From Octopus sinensis (taxonomy: Eukaryota): a stretch of 64,000 nt of DNA. This document shows positions 52,301 through 64,000 of the stretch, piece after piece (position 1 is the stretch's first letter; the number at the start of each line of letters is the position of its first letter). The translations under genes and the position numbers were made by a program. The notes below the pieces were generated by a model, which was given only the letters and a program-made list of their open reading frames with translations, made no database searches and was not told the origin of the DNA. Location of the stretch: contig NC_043006.1 in NCBI RefSeq assembly GCF_006345805.1, positions 74,028,001 to 74,092,000 of the forward strand, given 5' to 3'.

Positions 52301-53906
52301 AACACGGAAACCAAATTATTCCGGTATTGCTCGAATCATGAAATTACATACAGGATATTATTCATTGAAATTATAAAGTAGACAACCATTATTTCATGAA
52401 CGACCGCGGTTCACCGACTGCATTTAATGGACTGCAGATGCTGTAATTTATATCTTACTCGTTTCCGTTGGATAACTCTACAACATGTCTTTTACACGCA
52501 AAGACGTCTTGACGGCGAATAAAACCAAATTCAAAAGTATACTTTAGTGTTACAGAGGTTATGTCTAATTAAATGGCAAACATACAGTTGCCTTTTTACT
52601 TGCACGTAGTTAAAAAAAAAACAAAGAAAAGAGAACAATAAATATGGTAATGAAAAATGCAATATATTCGTATTTTCTGTTCTATTTCTTCCATACAAAG
52701 AGCAAACTTATTCCTTTATTCTATTTCAACATTATACGCCTTCTAAAATCCTATAATTACTGAGATGCTGTAATTGACGCTGCACAAAGCACTCAGTAGG
52801 GTACGTGCTCACACACACACGCACACCGAAATATTTTTATACACTCAAATATATAGGTACACACAATGTATATCTTAAGTGCATATGTCTATTAATCAAA
52901 TAAAAGCTCCTACAGCAACAGATGTGTAATGACATATCCCACCATTTATAGATCGTATATGCAACATCGGTATTGATTTCCTTAATAAATAAATAAAAAG
53001 CAATCTCCGCACAAAAAGGTTATGTAACCCCGACGTGATCCACCGAGTCAGTAGAATTACCTGCCAAATCCCAAATATCATACCCAACTGACTGAAACAA
53101 AAAGGGAAAATATATATTGGATAATGTAATAGCAGACTCATTATGTATAAGGAAAAGAAAAGAAAAAGTGCAATGATCAGGTCTGAAATTCCATTGATAA
53201 TGTTTGCTTACGCATATGTTCAGAATGACATTGTTTAATGTGTTTGTAGATACGAATACAAGACTAGCAGGTTATGGCTTGAATATACTTGATCCTATCT
53301 CTGCTGGATCACCGAGCATCGGATGATGAACAAAAACGTAACCAACAGTAACAACAACAACCACAAACAAGAGCTAATTGGTATCTACAAGCTTGATGCA
53401 CATTGGGGAACAAGCTATTCACTGCGTATTGTCAACTGAAAATATATATCTCGCTTGTTGACAAATGGTGCCAACAGACAACATGATCTATCTCGTAGCG
53501 CCACCTACCTACACTGTTTTTTTGCTAGTTGAGTGGACTGCACCAACGTGAAATAAAGTCTTTTGCTCAAGGAATTGAACCCACGATTTTGAGATCGCGA
53601 GCCGAATACACAACCCACTAAGACACGCTCTTTCACACACTCACACAGACACATACGTGTATGTGTGTATATAGTTTATATAGATATATATAAGTATGTT
53701 TGCATATGTATATTTATGTGTATGTTTATATATGTATATATGTGTGTGTGTGCATAGGAATATATATATATATATAAGTAATAATATAGGGTGAAATTAA
53801 TTAATTTGGAATAATCATTAATTTCACCAAGTAGATTTCGGCATGTAAAAGCCCCATTCGAGGAAAGTTTAAGTATTACTTAGTATTACTTAATTACTTA
53901 GTATTA

Positions 53907-53952
<46 letters not shown>

Positions 53953-53970
53953 GGATATGGGGATATATAT

Positions 53971-54001
<31 letters not shown>

Positions 54002-54133
54002 TAATAAAAAGAATTCCAACCTTGTCTGATTTTCACGTTTTATTTACAATCTTATAATGATATATTATAAGATAATATATTATAATTGAATAAAATAAAA
54101 TGAAATAGTAGAATGTTAAATATTCATTCTGAT

Positions 54134-54178
54134 TGAACTAGTACTTTCATGCATTGAATTCTGCAATCTTCGGGTTCA
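54134..54178 (-). ncRNA. Minimal hammerhead with core variant CCGAAGA
   Basis: UGAAC CCGAAGA u UGCA gaauucaa UGCA u GAAAG UA CUA^GUUCA; 5-bp stem I, palindromic AGUACU. Confidence 0.7.
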
Positions 54179-54678
54179 TGTAGTAGTGTTGACAGTCATG
54201 CTTCACAATTTTTGACTGTAGCAAGATGATTGATTCTGTGCTATAAATACAGCTGGGTAGGCTCCAGAGTGCTAGGTTTTGCAAACTGTATTCTGACCAA
54301 TCAGTGTGTAGTATCACTCAATTACTTAAGCTGATTGGTTGGTTGAGCTGATTGGTTTAGGCATCACGCTTTGTTGGACATGTCAAGAGTCCTGTATCTT
54401 GACCCTGGCCGAAGCAGCAATTGTTGGGTTATTTTTAGAAATGTTGTAAATATCCTTTGTCAGAGATTTTTATATTTTTATATTTCAATTGTCATCATCA
54501 TCATTGTCAGCACCTTAATTATTGTTGCTAGTGGTGATGGTGGTGGCAATAGAACTTTTAACCCTAAATAAGATAATTTTCCTGCTATCTTCGTCTTGAT
54601 CACCTTTAGTATTGTTGTTGTTGTTAGTGGTCATGGTCGTAGCAGTGGAAGTAATACCTCTAAGTATTATTATTATTA

Positions 54679-55730
54679 TTATTGCTTATTTAGCTTGGGT
54701 TCGAATTTATCAATAAAACTCTTTTCTCTGATTTTCCTCTCGATTTCACTTGGGCTGTGTAATTTGTAGAATGGAAATATTATATATATTTTCCGACCAC
54801 ATGTTGCTAGGTGGTTACTCAAAGTATCTGACGGACCTCTGGGTCTCTAATCTGTTGCCGGTGTACACGTGAGCGTTCTAATAGTGCGTTTCCCGTCTGA
54901 CCTACATATATTTCTTCACAATTTGGGCATTTGATGCAGTAAATTAAATTTCTGCTTTTGCAGTTCATATTCGCGTTTGTGAATATTTTCCCGGTTTTTG
55001 TGTTTATATATTGACCGGTATGTATGAATTGGCATGTGCCACATCGGCTATCATTGCATTTAGATACCGTGAATGTTTGGTCTTTGTTGCTGAGGTCAAA
55101 TTTTGCCTTTGTTAGTAATGTTTTCAAGTTTTTAGGCTGTCTTTTACTAAGCACCATAGCTCGATCCGTGATTATGTCTTTTAATTCATTACTTTGGGCA
55201 ATGATTGGTAGGTTTGCTTTGGCAATGTTGAAGATATTCTGGTGACATGGGTTGTGTGTCACTATGAATGGTATGACTTGTTCTTGTTTTCCTCTTCCTT
55301 GGGTTGTCCTAAGTTGTTGTATAGGTATTTTTATAGCCCGCTGTATGCCATTTTCTATAAGTAGAGATGGGTATTTTTGTTTGAGCAAAAATTCTCTTAG
55401 TTCTATTAGGCGTTTGTTCCTGATATTTGCATCTTCTACAATAGTACAAATTCTTCTGGCTAGGCAGTATGGGATGTTACGTTTTGTATGTGGTGGATGG
55501 CACGACTTAAAATTTAGGTATTGATGTGTGTCTGTGTGTTTATAGTATATATCTGTGGTGATGGTGGTGTCTTTTTTAATTACCATTATATCCAGGAATG
55601 GTAATTTGGTACTACTCATCTCCTTTGTAAATTGGAGAGATGGGTGTAGGTTGTTCAGGAGGATATTGAACTCTTCCAGAGTATTTAGAGATTCTGTCCA
55701 GATTATGAAACAGTCGTCTAGGTATCTAGG
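54679..55730 (-). pseudogene. PLE reverse transcriptase C-half, Cys linker and GIY-YIG endonuclease; one frameshift at about 54822
   Basis: RYLDD, LPFLD, YYKHTDTHQYLNFKSCHP, CNDSRCGTC, LIYCIKC...YVGQT...R..H; after the shift LSNHLATC...FPFYK...REKSFIDKFEPKLN*. The ORF N-terminus above 55730 is microsatellite read-through. Confidence 0.92.
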
Positions 55731-55804
<74 letters not shown>

Positions 55805-55872
55805 GTACATATATATAGCAATAATAAATCTCCGAACGAGGCGTAAACATTAGCAACACGGAATCGCGAAGT

Positions 55873-56204
55873 ATATTTGCCACCTAAATGCGGCGGACCG
55901 ACAGGGGACGAAGCTACTGCTGTTTATAGCCCCAGTAAGACAACTCCTTCAGCTGGCTAACGACGCACAGTCTATGTCCGATTAGTATTTGCGAAGGGAA
56001 ATCATCCTATTACATGATACACACAGACCCGGAGGAAATCATCGTCCCCTGTCTACGTGTATCACGTACTGATCATTTCCCTTCGTAAATAATAATCGGA
56101 CACAGACAGTGTGTCGTTAGCCAGCTGGGAAAGATCTCTTCCTAGGGCTATAAACAACAGTAGCATCGTCCCCAATGGGACTGCCACATTCAGGTGGCAA
56201 ATAT
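55873..56204. mobile_element. MITE-like imperfect fold-back element, about 150-bp arms
   Basis: tatttgccacct..ggggacga.gctactg.tgtttatagccc..cagctggctaacgac..cgaagggaaat is mirrored; TA-rich flanks. Confidence 0.8.
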
Positions 56205-56266
56205 AATATATATGTGCGTGTATATATTTATATATGTATATATGTGAATATATGCGTATATACATA

Positions 56267-56301
<35 letters not shown>

Positions 56302-56346
56302 GAGTACATATATTCATATATATATACATTAGTGTCTATATATATA

Positions 56347-56435
<89 letters not shown>

Positions 56436-56811
56436 TAATAAATCGTAAGGTGTACACCTAGTAGCTTAACGGTAAAGCGCGTTCACTTTCAGTGTTCGTT
56501 GGATATTTGATTAATGAGAAGGACGGAAGAAGGAAGATACGAGAATATTGTTTCCACCCAGCTAGTATCGATCCTTCACAGGTTGGATAATGAACAACTG
56601 GTTTAGGAGTTTCTGTCGGTGTAGATGTGCCTCTTCAGGTGATTAAAAGATGTATCTTTTGAAAATAACTTATGTTCAACAAGTTTTCTTCGCGGTATGT
56701 GTATACAATAGCAGCACATTAATAGATACAGCTATATTATAGGCAATTAATAAAAATCAGATGCCAAAAGAAATAAATATACAGTACAGAGAGGAAAGTA
56801 TGTATGTATAT

Positions 56812-56843
<32 letters not shown>

Positions 56844-58789
56844 GATGATGCTTACTACATCACTCAAACGTGCGCAAGAAGCGTTGTGTTGTGTGTGAGA
56901 CAAATACAGTCGGCTCTCAGCAGAAATATGCTGACGACCTTGTTAGCCCTACCTTCTGCCAAATTTTGTTTGATTATAGAATCCACTGTAATTCTGCGAT
57001 AAATGGTTTTGCCAATACCCCACAATATTTCTGAACTGCAGAAAATAGACACAATTCTTCGCACACGCACAATCTCACAGACAGAGACATACATACACGT
57101 GGACACATACATATATATACGTACACACATACATATACGCAATCACATATATTACCCATATTCACACAAAGAAATCCATGCACGAAGGGTTTTCATATAT
57201 GTTTCCGAATGACATTCAAATATCTCATATAATATTAATTATAAGCAATCTCTGGATGGTCATATTTGATTCCTGAAATGACTCTCGCTATTTCTGAGGA
57301 AATTACTATACTATAATCGTTGTTTCTCCTCATCCCTAGCCGAAAGTAGAGGCACTGATTAGCAATAATGGCATTAACGACCATTGATAAAAGATTTTCA
57401 GCTGTGTTATTGAGGTAGCTAATTTCAGTTATCCTTGTCGACGTATTATCTGCAAATTTTCCTACATTTATAGCTAAGAATTTTTGATGAGCAATTTTGT
57501 ATAATTGATTCAGTTATACAGAGAGAGGCTAAACCAAATGGCTACATACAGGTATTCTTTTTATGTACTTATTTTCCTTTTCTATTATGCTGCTTATCAA
57601 ACAGGAAGAGCAATCATGAAACAAAATTTCGTCAGAAAATCAAAATTGTCCTCTCTCATGTTCGCGTTTAAAACAAAGATTGGCCAATTAAGAAGGGGAA
57701 AATGGATTCACTTCGTTACCAGTAACAAATCCAAAATAAGCAAATTATATATATGGTTAATAGTTTTACATGATCTAGACTTGATTTTAAGCTGCAGCAT
57801 ATGTAATTTTTTTAGCCGGCTTAAGGATGATGGCGATATCTGATATATTCATTGCGCCTCTTCAATCGAGTAAGTTTCATCTCAGCCCTGCAAAGTGACA
57901 ACCGCCATGTTTATTCAATAATAATTCCGCTGCTATAAATGAGAGAATGTCATTTAAACTTGGCGCACGTACTTACATGTAATTGAGATAGGTTGTAAGC
58001 ATATGAGTATTTGGGATAATAAATAATTTGGGACAAAATACAAAAGAAGCAGCATTTAAACCCCAGAGAGCCTGAGAAATTTCAGGTGCAGTTGTCACTT
58101 CATACTCAAATGAAATACGTGACATATCACCACATTTACGTATATGTTGGTTTGCACTGGAATGTACATGATAACACTATAAAGAAAGGCTTAATATTAG
58201 ATAAAAAATCTGAGAAGTTATTCATAAATTTAAATACATAAATTTTAGAAGCGTAAATGTTAAATGTTATAGATAAATAGGAAATGAAAAATCTGACTAA
58301 TTATATATATGCACAAAGGTTAAATGTATCTATCGATGGAAACATTTATCTAAGCTAAATAGAGTAAGATTTATAAACCCTCAGCTATAAACATAATACT
58401 TCATTCATGCACGCAGAATTGGAAAATATTTTATGAACTCCTCAACTTGTGTCTATTTTAGAATACTGTTCTTTATATCTGTTCAACAGAAAAACATTTA
58501 TACTTTCATGATTCATTGTGATTCACCAATATTTCTTTATCAGTGTCATGTGTATTATTTATTTACTGAGTAAATAGTAACCAGCATTCTCAAATATATT
58601 TTAAGACTTACGCTTGGAAAGGCATCAAAAAGCGCTTTATCATAGGGTAAAATCTTATGTAGAGATGGCGAGAGATAGGACTTGCACTTAGAATAGAATG
58701 CAAATAGGGGACATTATTTTGTGAATTAAGAGCTAGCCATCACCCCTGAATAAGAATGGCTTTGTAACAAGTACCATGCTTTCGCTCTT

Positions 58790-59012
58790 TTAGGTGCAGA
58801 ATTAATTGCCGATTCTCCTACCCTCTGCAGCACGTCAATAAGGTGTCAGCTGGAGGGAAGACAAAGCTGGTAGCCGTATTTGACAGAGAAGACTGGAGAT
58901 AAATGAAATGAAGTACCTTGCACTAGGGTTCAATGCAACTCCCGGGGCAGAAATTGAGCTCTCGATATTACGATCGGGTGTCGACGACAAAAACCGTTAC
59001 AACGCGTCTTCA
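58790..59012 (-). mobile_element. Diverged SINE family B (another fragment at about 53510-53635)
   Basis: gactggaga...gaaatgaagtaccttgcactagggttcaatgc...aattgagctctcgatattacgatcg. Confidence 0.55.
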
Positions 59013-62000
59013 CCTATCCTCGATGAATATATTATTGGAATTAATATATTAAGTAATTTGTTACTCAACTTCACTTCTTATCTCTGTATTAGTTGGCTTA
59101 CAGAAGTTGACTTTGACTTTGATCATATCATGCACCGATCGACATGCTATCATGCAACATTCAAAGACATCACATTATTGATGAAGAATGCTACTGAAAA
59201 TTCTGCATCTGCAAAAGACGATTACTTCTTAAACTGATATCAACTTTACATCATAATGTTCGTTTATCTTGCTTCGTCTGTCTGGAGTTGCATTGTAATC
59301 TGTGTCGCCATACAAATTCCTGTTCTCCAGGTTCAACCCTTCATAATCCTAAAATGATTTCAGAAAATGTTCCAGAAATTTTTTCCATGGTATTTATCTT
59401 TATCTCCTCGAAAAGTGTTATTTTGTACTGCTGAACCGAACCAGATTTGTGTTCTAGATATTACATAATATGTTTTTTCTCATTTCATTTTCTATTGGAA
59501 AGATAACAGATTATCCCATTAACCATATCACCATTGCGTACCTACTAATAAAAAAAAATGCAGAACACCCCGTAGCACATACAGGTATTACACATATTCT
59601 CGTCGTCACCCCCCACACACACATAAGAGTGTGCGTGTGTGTACTTGCATACATATATACATACACATATATACATACATATATACATGCACATATGCAC
59701 AACACATATATGCATAGTCTTAGGCAGGCTTCTAAATAAATCAATAAAATGACGTATCTACATTGAAATATCAGTGAGATATTTTTTATATCACATCGAT
59801 GGTCTGAGTAAAATGAGGACTCATTGGATGAAACATGCTAGTTGCATTATGTCCGAAAATGTAAAGGCGGAGTGGTCACGGTTAAAATTTCGTTAACTTA
59901 TGAATGAGATCACGTACGTGTTGGGAATAAAACACAGCAATGATATCAAGTTGTAGTCAAGTAAAAAAGTAAGGGTAGTGACAACTAGAATATATCTCAG
60001 AATCCCTGGACCAGGGTTTACTTGAGGATTAATAAAAATGACAACCAGCAAGCAACAACAAATGAAATGTTAACAAAAATACCTGATAGGCTTAAAATGA
60101 AAAACGCAAGAATTTGTGAGTTTCTTATGCTTTCCAAAAGAAATTTATGGGGGAAGCTTCGCATGTGAAGCGAAATAGTCTTGTGACTTGGATTCGACGA
60201 AGAAAAACACAAGAAAGTCAAACTTCTTCTTTATCGATCCATACAGATAAAGAACCTGGCATGTTTTATTGGTTTCGAAGGTAGTAGAACGTGTTTTCAG
60301 AGGTAAATGACAAATCTAATAATATTACGAAGCATTCTATTTTACGTTGGGCGAAATTATGATCAGAATTTTGTGCTATTTTGCCAGGAGCCGAGTATTT
60401 TCTTAATCTCACTTCCCGTTACATTAGTCTGATCATCCTAAAGGATAATAGAAATATATTTTTGCAGTAATTTTCGTAGTGACAGTTAGTGCTTGAATGT
60501 GAAGCGTACGACACTAATGCTCGGACACAGGTATACACTTGTACACGTACCCATACATTTACTCAGATATAGGTATTGAAACACAATACATGCAGACTCA
60601 AACAAACATATGTGCATGTACATATTAAAATTGAAAGGAATCAATACAACTTCGTATATTTGATCTAGGTATCTCGTTTCTTATATTGTATGAATAATGT
60701 GTTGTTTTTAGAAGTATATATTTGCTATCTGAGATCAGTGTCGATATTACAAAAGAGCCAGAACAATATTATATTTTTTATACCCCTCAATCTACTTACA
60801 ATTAGCGGATGCCGATTAGTCCTAATGGCATTAGCAAATGCGTATAAAATATTTTGTTATTCAGAAAGTTACTTTCATTTATCACCGTCGACGTATTATC
60901 TGCAAATTTTCAAACGTTTATTGCCTACAATTATTGGTGGCCAATATTATATAATTGCCTCAATCATACAAAGACACTATACAAAATAACGGCTTGCAGG
61001 CACTCTAAAACGTGTGAGCTTTGCGTGCGTGCGTGTATTCGTATGTGTATTTGTGTATGTGTGTATGTATGCTTATGTGTGCTTGTACTTTTCTTATCGA
61101 AAATGAAGAGCAATTACGAAATAAAATTACAAGGTAAACCGATGCTTGATTTTAAAGTAAAGATTGGCGAATTAAAAATTGACAAAAACAGAGCATCTCT
61201 CGATATTTTAAACCATTTGAAAATGAAGATATAACTGAAAATTAGGTTGTATTGGTTGGTCCTTTGGGTATATCTGACTCAAGTGATATGCATCTCCCGT
61301 CAATATTATAGACTTATACTGCTAAGGAAGAGGATAGGGTGCTATCTCGATATTTTATCTCTGCTTATATATGCTTCAGATCAGTTGAAGGGTTCTATGG
61401 TTCGTGTCCCTGACCACTCAGTGCATTACCAAATAAACCTGAAAAGTATTACACAAGCCCTGTAAAGTATTTCCGTTTAGCTTTATTAATTAAATCATCC
61501 ATTCAGAATTATGTCACACATTTAAAAGCAACGTTTTGCATTTATTTTTTTTTAAATCTAGAGCAAAGATCATGAATATATTTACATATGAGACACTTCC
61601 CTGTAGTTGATCTTAACAACACAGCATTACGGGAAATTCACGACTGAATATATATATGAAATATGGATAAATATTGATCCAGTAATTTGGATCTAAGACT
61701 CATAAGATTCTATTGAAGGCAGAAAATATTCATTTAATGGAGGAAGATTAACTAATTTGGTTGTAGAGGAAAACTGATTAATAATTTGGCTGTTCAACAT
61801 AGTATTACAGCCATAATTATCGCTGCTTTGCTGTAATGGACATATAAAATGGAAGATATATTGTGAAAGAAAAAGGTTGAGGTTTATCATATGAAATAGT
61901 TGCTTTAGATGAATCAAACATGATATGGGATGAGATAGAGTAGATTTGCGCGCTTTATACATTAAGTGAGGGTTTTATCTCGATGCATAGAACGATTGAT

Positions 62001-63843
62001 TAATTATGGTTAATTTTTAATCCGTATCTTTATGGTTAATTTTTAATCCGTATCATCATCGCAAATTGTAGACTAATGTGATGTAAGCTCATGTTTAGAT
62101 TTATCTTATTACATTCTAAACTATAGATATAATCTCAATGTAGTTCAATTGGAACCAATCTTAATTTTCATCTATTTTCCGCAGTTGATGTTTTTCATAC
62201 AATATTTTTGAAATATCTCCTTTTAATTATTTCAAGATGCTGAAAAGAAAAGAGAAGATATAATAAAAGTTGGGAAAATATAGCGCTCTACCTTTACTGT
62301 CATATCAGTTTTAGAAATATACGCAATCTGCTTTGAAAAATACTTTCATCATTATTTTTCGTTTCGTTACGTTATAAACCTGGGCTTGTTTATTTTATAT
62401 GAAACACATACGATGTAATTCCATCGCGCACCTTAGAACAGGATATCGAGTGATGAGCTTCTTCCATTATTTTCCCTTTCTTTCCTTGGAATGGCTGTCA
62501 CATGTTTTATTTTAAAATTCTTTTGTTTTGTTTTTATAGTTTTAGCTTGTTTGTCTAACGTCCAGCCATTGAAATTAAAATCAATATAATTAACTTATGA
62601 ATGAGGATATATCGCTAAGCATCAGAACATTTTACGTGTTTGGGCGTTATGGCATTATGCATGCCGCCATTTATAATTTCTGGCATGGTTCACTCTTTAA
62701 AACGCATCACATGCAAAACATTGAAAATTCGCCTTATATCAGACATTTGTCAGCATGCCAACTTGAACTGCCTTCTCTAAGTGTAGTCCACCAGATTTGT
62801 TGTTGACCTGTCTGGGAGAAATTGTATATTAAACTAAATTCCTGAACGCGTTCAGTTACAGGTGCTCTGAGAATTATAACTTGAATGTTAATGCTTCTAA
62901 AATCACTGTTCTTTATTATTCTATATTCCGAATAGAATTGTATACTTTCTTTGTGGCTTTGATTGAATATTTTGAAATTATAGTTTTCGTCTCCCTTTTG
63001 CATGACATGAAAAGAACTTATAAAATAATTGCTAGGACACAGGAAAACATTGGTCGCACAAATTGTAAAAGTGGCTGGAAAATATTATGATTTTGATTTC
63101 AATAAGTGATTTAGCCATTGTTGTCCCGATACAATTAAATAAGGACAGCATTTATTGAAACTAGTGAATATAATTGTTATTGTCTATTATTGCTGCTATT
63201 GATGTTGTCATTGAAGGGAGCAAAGGTTCATAATTATTGCTTTATCATTGTATTTCTCTAATCTCACAGTTAAATAGTTTTCCCAAAGTGAATAATATAT
63301 TTAGTAGTAATTATTCCGTCTGGGTGTGCACCAATAATTCTTCCGAATCAATGATAAAGTATTGATGAACTGTAAAAAGAACAAAACCAATAATAGCTAA
63401 GAGAATATTGATTTTTGCCATAGGCACAAGGCTAGGATTTGGCTAGGAGGGCCAACAATCGGTTACATCAACCGCTGTAACTGATCTGTACTAATTTTAT
63501 CGACTAATATTTGCTACGCATCAGAAATTTTTACATGCCGTTGCATTATCTATAGCTCCATTGGGGATTTTTCTCCCGTGGAAGCATGTCTTTTGTTGAG
63601 CAATAAAAACTAATGGGAAGAACAGCTGTAGTAGAGCACAGAACGTAAAGCGCCGTCACTAAATAATGCAAGACTTCTTTTCAGACTATTACAGTTCCCC
63701 AACCTAACAGCAGGATTAGTCGATTCACTTAACCACAGTACAGAGTGGTACTTCCTTTAATCGGCTTTAAAATGATGAAAAGTACAGCTGATTTTCATAT
63801 TTTAACGTGTACTTTTAATGCGGTCTTCCTAATACATTAACCA

Positions 63844-63871
<28 letters not shown>

Positions 63872-63874
<3 letters not shown>

Positions 63875-64000
63875 AATCAATTTAGGGTAGCAAAAATTTC
63901 AATAGAAATTTATCGCTACCAGCGGTCTAGTGGGAAAGAGAAAATAGTCAAACACTAAATATATAAAAATTTTAAATTTAACAATTAAGGAATGGCCTTA
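63872..64000 (-). mobile_element. End of another member of the 490-bp unit family, next to (TA)n, running off the window
   Basis: attaatcaatttagggtagc..gctaccagcggtctagtgggaaag..aatagtca..caattaaggaatggcc aligns with 37838-37960. Confidence 0.8.

Larger units (their letters stand above)
54000..55730 (-). mobile_element. 5'-truncated Neptune-like Penelope element flanked by (TA)n
   Basis: RT-EN ORF, about 680-bp 3' region and a terminal hammerhead; truncated just upstream of YLDD. Confidence 0.9.

Noticed and set aside
56600-56645. CUGAAGA...GAAAC on the minus strand
   Set aside because: No convincing stem II or NUH/stem I pairing

Overview
AT-rich, microsatellite-dense eukaryotic DNA with no recognisable intact host gene. 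Most long ORFs in the track are translations of (TA)n/(CA)n runs. The SINE repertoire points to an octopus/coleoid cephalopod (inference). The window is a mosaic of three tRNA-headed SINE families, Penelope-like retroelement (PLE) fragments (Naiad-like and Neptune-like, RT/GIY-YIG), RTE/CR1-type LINE remnants, a mariner relic, a Tc1/mariner-type fold-back element, non-autonomous Helitrons and several perfect or imperfect palindromes. The main hidden signal is a dense set of minimal type I hammerhead ribozyme (HHR) motifs, about ten recognisable plus several decayed, nearly all in elements sitting in (TA)n tracts. The most striking is a 2.35-copy head-to-tail array of a non-coding 489/490-bp unit (37448-38598) with one minus-strand hammerhead per unit. 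This is the architecture of a retrozyme-like, circular-RNA-producing element. Dispersed relatives show covarying hairpins. All structures were paired by eye and no folding or database search was run. Repeat boundaries are approximate.
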